Shown: positions 1 to 12,162 of the stretch, piece after piece
How positions within the stretch are numbered: position 1 is the stretch's first letter
Layout: every line of letters starts with the position of its first letter
Assembly: GCA_001949185.1 (NCBI GenBank)
Contig: BDGG01000002.1
Span: forward strand, 4,268,448 to 4,332,447
DNA from: Ramazzottius varieornatus
Lineage: Eukaryota; Animalia; Tardigrada
Length of the DNA: 64,000 nucleotides
Direction: 5' to 3'
Position numbers and translations under genes: made by a program
The notes under the pieces: generated by a model
What the model was told of the DNA's origin: nothing
The model's input: only the letters and a program-made list of their open reading frames with translations
The model's database searches: none

Positions 1-170
1 TAATACACCAGGTACTAGGCGTTCATTTTTCTTATCGTTTGTTTTTCTTTCCAGGTTAGTCCAGACATTCAAAAACACCGTCGGTGGACGAACTCGCGTT
101 ACCGGCGCACTTTGTGTGGTTGGACTCATCTGACCGACCACCGGTCTTCCCGAAAGGACACCCGCCAAGA

Positions 171-2884
171 ATGGTTCTTGTCTGGATTCTCTATGCGCTC
201 GTGTTGCTAGCAGGATACTTCATTTTGTGAGTGGTCGATCTGGCTCTAGGAGACAATGCTGAAAAGCATGGTGTTAATAATTTTTTCGCAAAATATTGGG
301 GACAGCTCGTCATGACTTAACATTGCGTACCAGTGCGCATGCGGCGTTTGTGTCGACAGCATCGCGGGACTGCAACGTAGAAGTTTTCTTTTCGTAGCGA
401 CGCACTGTGGAAATTTCAATATTGGAAGAAAAGAGGAATCTCTGGACCGCGCCCACTTCCACTTGTCTACTTCGTTCCGCATATCGCCAAAGTAAGCAAA
501 CTCATTACCGTTGTGACACTCCAGGAGTCCTAAAAGTGATTCGTAGAATCTACCTACAGGGCATCGGAGAGTTCGACATTCGGAATATCAAGAAATACGG
601 ACCTTTATACGGTTACTACGATGGCGGAGTGCAAGTTTTGGTTACTTCTGATCCAGGTCAGATGCTCATCCCAAATCATGCACATGTTTATACCGGTCCG
701 TCATTTTTGTGTTATGGTTAGACATGCTGAGGAGCGTAATGGTCAAGGACTTTTCCCATTTTGTGAACCGACGGGTAAGGTACCACATTTTTGTCCGATC
801 GGTGATCTCGTTCTGCAGGCATCACCTGACTGTAGCATGCGGACTTCAATGGACCTTTCTTTGAGCGGGCTGTGTCTGAGCTTCGCGACCAGCGATGGAA
901 GGACGTGCGGAGTGCTTTAGTGCCGGCGTTCACATCCGGAAGGATGCGACAGGTAAGGCAAAACAATATCATATAACAAGCACCCCCAAATCTATCTTCT
1001 CCGTCTATAAATTCTCGAGCGTGTATATTACGTAACAGATGGACGAGTTGATGAACGAATGCTGCGCAACACTTGAGAGAAACCTCGCAACGATGAGCGA
1101 TCAGAAAACCGAGTTTGATTTGAAGGAGTAAGTGCGATGCCGTCCGGACGAAACGTACAAGATCGTTGTCTGAAGTGGCGCACGTTTGCAGTCACTAAAA
1201 ATGAAAAGGTGCGTCTATTGAGAGACTCTCAATATCGTTTTCCCAATGGCGCACACTTTCAGCCAACGACAATGAGAAGGGCGCCACTTGAGTTGGCGGT
1301 CTTGTAATCTTCGTTCGTCGGCCTCCCTAATTTTTCCAGCTGTTTTTCTTTTTGGGGTATGCGTACACTTCTAGATGGGCTTCTCGTCATATTGCAGGTT
1401 TTTTCAGGGAGTGACAATGGATGTCATTGCTTCGACGTTTTTCGGAACGAGGATTGACTCCCAGAACGACCCAGACAACGTATTCGTCAAGAAGGCAAAA
1501 TCCGCGTTTGAGGGCGGGTTCTTCTCCCTTGCAACGTTAATTTACTGTAAGAGCCGCCATCCTCTTTTAGTTCTGAAACCCGTTTCAGGAAACTGAATGG
1601 GTTTACTGTTTTAGTTCTGTTTCCACGGGTATGGCCGATTGCAAAAAAGCTGGGTCTGCAAGCTATACCGAAGACTACCGTGGACTTCTTTGTTGACAAC
1701 ACTTTCGAAATCATTCGAATGCGAAGAGCCACAAATTTAGTGGGTGAAGTTTATTCCTTCCTCACGCTAACCCTACCTAGAACAAATACCACGGCTCTCA
1801 TTAGACTGGTAAGTCATAGCTTTTGTGCTTCAGAACCGCCGGGACTTCTTGCAGTTGATGCTGAAGTCCGTGGAAGCGGCTGAAAATGGTAAAGTTCGTC
1901 TCCAGTCCAACGGCTCCTCCACGGGCTTTAGTCGCTCCGACAGCCCTTCGGAAATGATGAACGGGGATCTGAACGACGTCGTTCCTCATGAGTTGACAAA
2001 CGGCCACGTCCAGATCAAAGCACATGGGCACCTGACGCCGCAGTTAACCATTGAGGTAAACATTGCGAGTACTATCATTTCATATTTGATAGGGCAATAT
2101 CTCCGCTAATTACTTTATGATCCTACGGTCTTGACACGTATGCCATTTCTATCTACGGGGAGAATGCTAGTTTCATCAGTCTGATTTCCATAACTAATCA
2201 AATTTTCATTACATTAGGACATTACGGCGCAAGCCGTCATTTTCTTCCTTGCTGGCTTCGAAACAACGTCGACCGCTCTTTCGTTTCTCACGTACGCTCT
2301 GACCATGCAACAAGATATCCAAGACAAACTTCGCGAGGAAATCCAGACTGTTATGGAAGGCCATGAGGTTCCCACCTACGAGCTGGTTTCGCAGATGACC
2401 TACCTCGACCAATGCGTCAACGAGGCTTTACGCCTTTACCCGCCTGTCACAAGAAACGAACGCGTCTGCAACGAAGAATGGGAGTACAACGGCATGACCA
2501 TAGAACGAGGAACCGTCATCGGGATACCCATTTTCGCCTTACACCGCGACCCTCGCTTCTGGAATAACCCCGACAAATTCGACCCTGACCGGTATGAAAT
2601 ATCCGTTCTCAAAAGGACAGAATACTGATCGTTCTTATTGCAGATTTTCCAAGGAAAATAAGCACAAGATAAACCAATATACGTTCCAGACCTTCGGACA
2701 AGGACCAAGAAACTGCATCGGTATGCGCTTCGCCTACTATGAGATGAAGCTGGTGATGGCTCACATACTGCCGCGCTTTCGCTTCGTACCCTGCTCAAAG
2801 ACGGACGACCCTCTCCCGCTCAAAGATGTCGGATTCTTGTCGCCCAGGAACGGCGTTTGGGTTTCCGCAGAAAGCCTATCATGA
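171..2884 (+). CDS. Cytochrome P450, CYP3 clan (CYP3A-like), multi-exon
   Basis: Spliced translation: N-terminal anchor MVLVWILYALVLLAG, GPRPLP, C-helix WKDVR, I-helix AGFETT, K-helix EALR, PDKFDPDRF, heme motif FGQGPRNCIGMRFA; GT-AG introns. Confidence 0.93.
1147..1319. repeat. Family A palindrome, tandem pair, in CYP intron
   Basis: AAGTGGCGCAC-N25-GTGCGTCTATT and CAATGGCGCAC-N24-GGGCGCCACTTG. Confidence 0.8.
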
Positions 2885-3378
2885 GACAGACCTTGCTTAA
2901 GCACAACTTGCCTCTTAAACACAGTTAAAGCGCTACAAACCCACTAGCTTCCTGTTTATTATAAAGTCCGGAGTGCATTGTAAATTCTTGGATATTTATT
3001 TCTATCGAATCAAATAAATATTAAATTTTCATCTTCAAGAAAAACGACGGTGATAGGTTGCGACAATTAAAAACCGTAACACCGGGGTCGACTGTGTGGC
3101 AGAAAGAAAAAGTAATCAGAAGAGGCCACACGAGTCAAAACATTAAATAAACCCATATTCTTCTAGCAGACGGTAGCTTAACGATGGAGACGAGAGCCGC
3201 GCTGTTTGCGGGCTGTTAGTTAAGAAAGATCAAGAGCATGTCCTGGTGCAACGTAGGCACCAGCAAAAACGTTAACAAGATGTATGTGCGGACTGCATAC
3301 TTCCAAAAGATAAAATTTCAACATAGTACAGCAGCCCACAAACGACTATGAGACAATTATCGCTGAAAGTTCTGCCTT

Positions 3379-6300
3379 TCAGCTTGGAATACTGCTGATG
3401 TCCACGGTCACAAATGGGTGATTCAATAGCTTGTCGGCCTTCCATCGAGATTCGGCCTTATTCTGGAAGCAACGATCCAGGAAATCGTTTGCATCTGCAC
3501 TGAGATGCTCTGGAATCTTAGGACGGCCGCCCCCACCAACCTGTGCACACCGATCAGTCAGACTCCGATACAGATATACATGGAATGAATTATAATGCTT
3601 CAATGTTGGATCGTACATGAAACATGATGGCGAAGTCGTTTTCTTCCTTGTCGAACTTTGGAGTTTTTCCTGAAGGTAACAAATACAACGTTCATCATTG
3701 ATGTACTAGAATATCTTCCCGTCATTACGGCAACAGGCAAGTAGTTCTTACACTACACCGAGCATCTACACTCGCATAATCATTGCACTACTCTCGTCAC
3801 TCCTATCCAAGTTGAATTACGGCTGCTTTACCTGTGATCATCTCCACCACAACACATCCCAAGCTCCATATGTCGGTAGCTCGTCCGATGGCGGTGTCAC
3901 CTCGAATCATTTCCGGCGACATGTAGCGGGGCGTTCCCGTGTTGGGCGTGATCTCGTTGGTGGCAGTGTTGTTTGGATCTTCCAGCTTGACCATCTCGCT
4001 GAAGTCTCCCAGCTTGACTTGTCCAGCGGAAGTCAGAAAGACATTCTGGCCCTTGATGTCCAAGTGGCAGATGCCATTCTCATGCAGATACGAAATACCC
4101 AGAAGTAGCTGCTTGGTATACACGCGAACCTGCAAGCACAAACTCAGTTAGATTCAATGGCCGCAAGTATGCAGGTACTTGAAGTGACGTACCATGATCA
4201 TGTCCAGACCTTGTCTTGCCACCTCGCTCAGAGTACCACCTGAAATATAACACCATTACAACACACAAAAAAGGAACAATCTGAAAAGTTCACTGGTTCA
4301 ATCGTTTACCATCACAGTATTCCATGAAGAGCATCAGTTCATCGCGATGAATTTCCACACCGAAGTATTGCACCACATTTTGGTGCTGAAGTCCAGCCAA
4401 CCATTCGATTTCGGTGGCCAGCTTCGTTACTCGTTCCGCGTAGTTTGTCTGATTTACTTCGAACTTCTTGACAGCCATCAGGCTCGAGGTCTCGAGATTT
4501 ATTACCTTGTAAACATCTGCATGGCGACCTGAGCCCAGCTTACCGCACAGCCGCCACTTGAACGGCACCTTTCTCGCTTTGAGATGATTCAGCGTCTTTG
4601 TGCTCTCCGTAGCCACCACACGACCCACGGCCTTCTTCTCGATTAGTTTCTGGTTGAGCCTGTTATCCAGCTTCTCCGTTGCCTGCAAATACAAACACTA
4701 AAGGCATCAATAATAGTTAACTTCAAGCCCCCGCATACAAATGAGTATTGAATTTCAGTGAGCTGGTGTACGCAGGTGCATGAGAAGTCCATCACAGTAT
4801 TATTTACATTTTTGAATATTCGGTGAATTTTCATGTTTTACCTCTTCTATACGATGGTGTGGATCGTATGATTCCGAGTCGTCTTCTTCAGAAGACTCAC
4901 AAGAGACCGTGTCGCTCTTGGAGGACATGCGCGAAGGTACGCTGAGCAGGGCGGAATCGGTGAAAGACAGGGAATGGCGGTGCAAAGATAGGCTACTCTG
5001 AGGGGGACTGAGATAGAACGTAGACGAGTTGGGGCTTTCTGTGGGAGACTTGACACCTGGCGCTGGCGTGTCACCAATGACATGTGTGACACAGGTGTCA
5101 ATCTGGTTCTTTAAGGAAAGGAAGTCCTCGTCGGAAAGGTATCGAGTGTAGTTGGGCTTGACGGCCAATGTCAGGTAGTCCAGACCGGGAGTGGACCATC
5201 GTGGCCTGCAAAAACAACTTCCATGACAGATCTATATTCCATTTCTTGAGGGAGACACGTCCTGACCGGGTGCCGGTTCCGCGTTCGCATTTTTGGATGA
5301 CAAAGTCCATCCATTGACGGGCCAGAAAGGTTAGCTGTCTAGCTAGCATTTCTTCTTCGCTGAAATTCAACCGGGCTAGCTCTCTATGATACTCCATGCA
5401 GAAATTATAGGTCTGATGCAGAAGTTCTCGGGAAGTCTTGACAAGAAGACTGCGCTCCGACTCTGCGATCTCGGGAAACTGTTCCACCCCAATCTCATCC
5501 TGAACACGGAGAATCACCGTGCAGATCTTCCGCCCCAGCTCAAGCGATTCTTCCTGCAAATGCAAAACATCCACAAAAGTCTAGTCGAAATATAGTCAGC
5601 GTAAACACGTGAGCAAACTCGCCAAGATTGTATTCCCAAGTGGCGCACGCTGTCAGTGTTAATAGCTGGACACGTGAGCCACTAGGAAATAACGATCCTG
5701 TTGAGTTTACTCGCCTGAGTAACTTATTATTTTCGATGAAAACAGTACCAACCTTGATGTTCTCTAAATCTTGGGAAATGCCTTGATGGCACGTGGTCTG
5801 CGGAATAGCACTTTTGACGCTATCTCTTGGTAGTTTCTTCTCGAAAGCCTTCGTCTGCGCGCCCAAAGCCACGCTCTTCAAAACCACGATCATGATATGC
5901 CCAATATCCAGCTCTAAATGACTATGTCTGATCGCGCCTGTCGCATCCGCGTCCAGCTTAACCGTCTTTCCATGCCAAGCATCTGGACAGTCAGGCCCAA
6001 TGACTAGGTATCCATCAATATCCCCATCGGTCTCCCGCGTCCCCATCGTGGCGTTCAGCAACCGACGAGCGGCGGATGCGGTCACAGTTGATGGGACGAA
6101 GAAGCGAAACTTGCGATCAACGAGCGAGGGGCCACTGTCCACACAGAACACTACTTCGTGATGACCGGAGTTGGCAAGTAAGTCAAGGAACTCGTCCCAC
6201 TTGCAGGTGACGTCGAACCTGCAAAGCCAAGTAAACTAACTTGAGCGACCAATTGTACGCCGGTGTTTCGAGCAAAACTGCTAATTACGTCGCAGCGATC

Positions 6301-9300
6301 TCCAGGTCCTTGTGCAAAAGCTTGGTGAACTCAAGAAGTTTGAAACAACGCTCACGAGCTTCCAGAAAGACTGCTTTACAATCACGGAAGAACTGACGGA
6401 ACATGTCTTTGGACGGAGACAACCCATTTGCTCCTTCTTCGCTACCTGCAGGAAACAGAAAAAACGTCAAGTTAATCAGAGCAAAAGCTTCGACAAATAG
6501 CTACGTCCTTGCCGCACCCAATAAGAACCGATTTGCTGTATGCAGAATCATGAAAGATCCCTACAAGTCTTGAGAAACCGTAAAAAGAAGTGGAATCGTG
6601 AACCGTGCACGCGCCTGCATACACCTATCGCATTATACAATCGCGACTTAAGGTATGTAAGTGCGCGAAAGCTAAGCTCGCCAAAGCAAAAAGGACCAAG
6701 ACCAAGAGTCTCACTGCGGAGGATCCTTACGATAGAGAGAGGTAATGAAATCGTCCAAGCCAGAATCCAACAAGCCGCCAATGCCGGTCAAGAGTCCTTG
6801 TACGATAGCACAAAAGACTTTAGGCATTTCCACTTCGGCATCGTCGATGCCTCCACACAAGACGGTCATGGTCTTCCACTCATCCTCCAGGATGGTCTTT
6901 TGTAGGCGGCTAGCTTTCGGGTCCTTCTGCAACGTGACTATCCACAGGTGAAGGTACTCTAGATACAGCATCAACAGTTTCTTCATCAAGTCATCCAATC
7001 CTTTCAAGTTCGAGGCTAGAACATTGTGGTGTTGCAGGCATGAACCCAGTTCGATGTAGTCGTTGCGTATGTTGATGGCCAAAATTAGGGTATCCTTGCA
7101 CTCGTGGATCAACTGGTTCAGCGTGGCAATGTCCGATTCAGCTTCCGGTTTCTGCTCCAAACGGAGAACGATGCCTTCTTTTAGGATCTGCATGGGCAGA
7201 CGCAGCATGTAGGCGAAGACTCGGTCCAGACAGGGCAGGTTCGAGTCACGGTGAAGATCGCACCATAATTTGACGATATCCACGCTTTTCTCTGCAAACG
7301 ACACAATATTCGTCACGTTCGGAAACTCGCTTGTTGAAGCTTTTAGTAGAATAAAAGAGAAATACTATATCTATCAAAAGGAAACCTTGGCAAAGAAATC
7401 CGATAAGATCGTTTTTCAAGCGCCGCACTCTATCACCTAATAGCAATGCAAACGTGCGTCACATCAAAAACCAGTCTTTTCGGGTATGTGCACTAAGCTC
7501 CCAAATATCATGAATTATTTGCGTCGGTTCGGTAGAAACCAATAACAAGCGTTCTGTTTTACCTGAAGTTCCAGGTTCCGGAGCGGATGTCTGTCGGTTG
7601 AGAAGCGACCCAGAAACCGGCTGGATCAGGTTCTTCAAGATGTGTCTCAGTGTAGGGAAGATCAGTCCCTTGATCTGCTGTATAGTCTTCTCCAGCCCTC
7701 TCATTCGCATACTCTTCTCCAAGAAGTTCCTAATGGCACCCTGCAGCGCCTGATCTCCCCCACCATTGTCGCGGTTAGTTAGTGCTTCCAAGTCATGAAA
7801 GCTGCTGGCTCTTGAGGAGAACCCCGAGCGCCCACTGTCTATCTCCAGCCCACCTATCCCATCGACCACATCCCCCGTAGCCTCCATATCCAGTTCTTCG
7901 AGAAAAGGACTGGAAAGCGAGACAGGTAAGACCGGAAAGACATCGTTATGCTTGCGACCACAGATGATGCCCGAGACGGCTTGTAACCGGAAGCTCAGCT
8001 GGTTGTAAAAGTTTGTCCACATGATCAGGGCTTTCACCTTGTCCTGGAACTGTGTGCGATCATACATGGCATGCGACAGACCTATCTTCTTTGTAGATGG
8101 GTAGAGATGCTCGACCTCCTCCAGCTGACGCAGAACCTTGCCCACTTCTCGGTAGGCTAGCTGCAGGCAGCGAACATACGAACCGTCGATCTCGTCTTGG
8201 ATGGAGCAAACCAGTGAACAAGGCGCAGCGATATCGGGATCTTCTATTTTAAAGCGCCATATCTGGAAGAGGACCACATTGATCTTCTCACGCTCATTCA
8301 TCAGGAACACGTCGTAGTTATGCATATCCTGGTTATGCATCCATGCCTGGAAATAAAACCCGTCAGAGTTTGGTTGGAAACTTGACACAGGAACTCGATT
8401 AGATCGTTTTCCCAAGAACCCTACACTTTCGTTCTTAATGTTTGAAGGCGTGCGTCACTTGAAAAGACGATCTTGTCGAGTCTCTTCGCTCAGGTCCTAT
8501 TCTGTGATATGTTCTCATAAGTAGATGAACTTGAAGGTAAATCATCCTCGTACGAGCCATACCTGTAGCTCCAGCCAGAGGACGTCGTTCAGCTCGTTTC
8601 TCCACGCTTCCGGTCCGGGCCCCGAGCCATTCTTCCGCAGCTGCTCTTCCCGCTTTCTCTTGGCTTTTGAACCAAGCTCGATCAGCACGGAGAAATACTC
8701 GTAAAATTTAACCCGCTCTCGTGGACAGTTCGGCCATTTAGAAGCTGACCGCGACAAGCTCTGACGACGGAACGTGAAACTCCTCTCGACGTCTGATTTA
8801 GGCTCTTCCTTCTCGAACTTCTCCACAGGACGAGAAGCCAAACTCAGAAAACGGCTGCTTGTTTCCACTTCATACGCCGGTTTCGAGTAGCCTAAATCTT
8901 GCATTGCAACCGCGTGGATCCCTTTGTCGTAAGATTCTGCAGAAAGGAGAGGTTCAAGTTACAATCACACCACTTGCTGTCAAGACAGCACGAGCCGTAA
9001 CTCTGACCACTAGGCCTTGATTCTCTTGTTTCGACCACAAGACGATCTCACCCAGCATGAATCCAACAGTCCAACACACGTGATACTGTAATGCTTCTTG
9101 AATCTCACGCATCTACGTCAAACCACGTGCGCACCATGTAAGTCACTATACCCGTAAAAATGGCGCGCATTATGACGTCAAAGCGTGAGTTCCAAGAAGC
9201 ATTACAGTACTGAAGTAACCAAACAACCAGGAACAAAACAAGCAGCATTCGCGAGACGGACTGTACTGTTTTCAAGTTGAATTCAGAATTTCAGATCTCA

Positions 9301-9819
9301 GATTAGTTTCAGATTAGTACCTGCTCCCAGAAGTTTGAGGTCCCTATCGTAAGATCGATCCTTCTTTCGTTTCTTCGTTTTGCGATTCCGATGGTTGGTT
9401 TGGGTGAGAGGAGGCCCCGTTTTTCCCACAGGGGCTCCTAAAGGTGTCGGAGTGAAAGGGATGGCTCCTGTGCTCACACTGCTCTGGAAGGTGAATGGAT
9501 TCTCCGCTGGCACATTCGATTCGGGACTGGTCATCTTGGAAGAGTTCCCACTGGTACTGGCCTGTCTATTGCGAGCATACTTGGATGGTGTCCTTGCAGT
9601 TTTCCCGTAAGCATCTTTGGCGACGCGATTTGTCCTCTTATTATCTCTTCGCTCGAGATCAAGGTGCACGTCGTCGGATAACTCATCGTGCAGATGGCTC
9701 TTATCCCATGGAAGTCTTTGGGCCTTCTGCGATGCCGAGATGCTGGTGGATCGCTTTACTTCAATAGCCGGGATGTCGTCAGAAGAATCGGAAGCGCTGT
9801 CGCGTTTGTTCCCAGCCAT
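3379..9819 (-). CDS. MAP3K4: Mitogen-activated protein kinase kinase kinase 4 (MEKK4/Ssk2-like), multi-exon
   Basis: Long helical N-terminal region (LWLELQAW) and C-terminal STE11-type kinase domain: PFKW..GKLGSG, MAVKK, HQNVVQYFGVEIHRDELMLFMEYC, GTPRYMSPE, DIWSLGCVVVEM, LLNHPFV. Confidence 0.88.
4128..4176. repeat. Family C palindrome overlapping a MAP3K4 splice acceptor
   Basis: ACCTGCAAGC-N29-GTATGCAGGT. Confidence 0.55.
4729..4777. repeat. Family C palindrome in MAP3K4 intron
   Basis: CCCCGCATAC-N29-GTACGCAGGT. Confidence 0.55.
5622..5700. repeat. Family A palindrome in MAP3K4 intron
   Basis: CAAGTGGCGCAC-N25-GTGAGCCACTAG. Confidence 0.8.
6613..6662. repeat. Family C palindrome in MAP3K4 intron
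   Basis: GCCTGCATAC-N30-GTATGTAAGT. Confidence 0.5.
7401..7482. repeat. Family A palindrome (degenerate) in MAP3K4 intron
   Basis: AAGATCGTTTTTCAAGCGCCGCAC-N25-GTGCGTCAC. Confidence 0.7.
8394..8480. repeat. Family A palindrome (degenerate) in MAP3K4 intron
   Basis: AGATCGTTTTCCCAAG...GTGCGTCACTTGAAAAGACGATCT. Confidence 0.7.
9084..9209. mobile_element. TA-flanked MITE (family B) in MAP3K4 intron
   Basis: 27-bp TIRs TACTGTAATGCTTCTTGAATCTCACGC / GCGTGAGTTCCAAGAAGCATTACAGTA (25 of 27 match). Confidence 0.75.
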
Positions 9820-12162
9820 AATAAAAGACGACGGCAGATTTCAATACATATTTCAATTCGACATCATCCTGCCGATGCTCCCGCTCGTCTGCCGGGCACT
9901 AGGTCCATCCTGGTCGTCCTTGACTATACTCATTGGGTAATCGGATGGCTCTGGATATAGGAACAAAGGTTAGTAATTTTACTGGTGCTAGAAGGAATCA
10001 GCTCTTCTCTTCACTTTTCAGTTTCGAGTTTTGAGTTTTGACTTTTGAAAATTGAAACAGCTGTGGCGATACGAAGCGCGGCGGTACCGTACATAATCTA
10101 CATGGCTTGGACGAGGCGGAGTTTAACATCCGCTTCATTGTGGAACCTGCGGTACGGTCCGATCGTCGGAGGGCAGCACCAGTCACGCTGCTTTGTATAT
10201 CTTCAAAGTTGAAAGTTTGGCTTTTGTCACTTTTGTGTCCCTCGGTCCATCCGATTGATCCGAACGTTGCAGCATTCCGCACGTCGTAATGTAGAGCCCC
10301 TTCTCGGTCACAGGCCGCAAGTAAACTGTGATAGGCGACTGCCACGGGCCAGATGAGTGGGCGGACCACGAGGTGACCGTCAATTTTAACACAGTTTCTC
10401 GACTTTCTTTTGACGCCGTTTGTTTTTAGCCTGGACCACTTATTTTTTTATAGGTTTATCTGACATCCAGCGTTTGTTCTTCATCTCTCCCTCTTCTTCA
10501 CGTCTACATCCGTGAGCCTTCTACTGTCAATCTTCCGCACCGCGCACCCAATTTCAGATTCTTCAGTTCTGCCTGTTACGATGCTACGTCACGATGCTCG
10601 AGCTGCGTGATATCGATCATGTTTTTCCCCGAAAATAATGACCGTGTCATGAAACGTTAGTCTGGTGAACATAATATTCTACGGCGAACCTTCAAATAAA
10701 GTGCCGTGTGCCAAACGGCTGAACCACATCTCTGCGCAGTACATCTGTAATCTGTCTGCTGTAAATATTGACCCAACCGATCACACAGTTGCTCTGCTTT
10801 AGCCTTCAGGACCACTCGCGACGTCTGGTGTTAGTTCCAGTACAGTAGAATAACCGTAGTACGGATTCGAATCGGTCCGGGCGGGACCTTGTCACTACGA
10901 GTTTGCAGCGGGGAAAACCATACAATATGTGGGTACCATCCCTTTTATTACAAATTGATCGTTCGATGGGACATTCATATGTAGCTCTTAAGGCAAATTC
11001 GCCGCTGGACGGGTACTCGAGAGAGGTTTTCGGAAAGGACAATAGTAATAATACATCAACCTTTCTACTACATGATACAAGAATTTGCAGTTCAATATCA
11101 CCGCTCAGTAATAAACCATGACTGTTTTGATGTGGTCCTCCAAATCAAGTATTTTGCATCTTTTCGTAAAGCCATGTTCAGCTGCCGCCTGCCTAACACT
11201 TGTCCTGAACAATGCACTGTTTCGGGGCACATGGTTTATTTTGAAGTTGTAACCATATTGAATCTTTTTCTAAGTCGGCCAGTCGATAAAAGAATGTCTG
11301 AGGTAGAATCTGCTAGAAGCGATTGAGAATTACATGGCTCCGTTGTCTAGTTATGGTCCTTTGAGGTTGTTTGTGGACATGTTTTAGACTTTACAGTGTA
11401 GCTCTTCCGATGAAGCTCAAAAAATTTGATAAAATAACAGATTCTTTGTGTGGACGAGATTCACATATTTTGTGCTTGGTGGCTCCTCGTAGGACCCACC
11501 GGTCTGGATGAACCTTGGCACAACGAATCCGTGTTTTCGCCAACCCAGCGGCCTGTGCAGTACAACCATTGTGACCAACGCGACAGCCTGTATTGTGTAG
11601 TTTCCATCATCCTCCGTAACCCTACACTACGAGGGAAAGGTTGTTGAGGTAGCCGCACCTCATTGCCAGTACATCTTTCGCCGACCTCCTCCCGTTAGCT
11701 GCTGGCTAACTCAATAACTCCGCCACAGGCCGGCTAACTCGTTTGAAAGTTGCAAGCGCATAAAGCGAAGTTAATCTACTCCCGAGATGCCCGGGTTTTC
11801 GGCTACCCTGGCCTTAGGACTCAACTTGTACAGGACGTGTACCGCTGGGAATATATCATGTTCGCGGGTCTCCAAAGCACGTATTAAGTACGTAACACCA
11901 AGGACTAAAGTGCACTCCACCGTCTTCCCCGCTCCCCTTTTTTTGTATTAAGTATTCTAAACACGATACACTTCCGGTCCCTGACACCGCAAATTCCCGA
12001 GCCTCGGGTATAATATCGTCTGTTTACTCAGCCTCATAGACAGACTCCCTAGCCATTCGTCTCGAGTATAATCACCTGCTTTTAGGACTACGAACTAGCG
12101 AAGATGTGTCCACAGAAGTGGGATCGTTAGTGATAACAATAAATGGATCTGTTAGCGAAAGG

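Noticed and set aside
1880-2056. About 50-aa low-complexity insertion before the CYP I-helix
   Set aside because: Variable insertions here are common in CYP3-clan enzymes.
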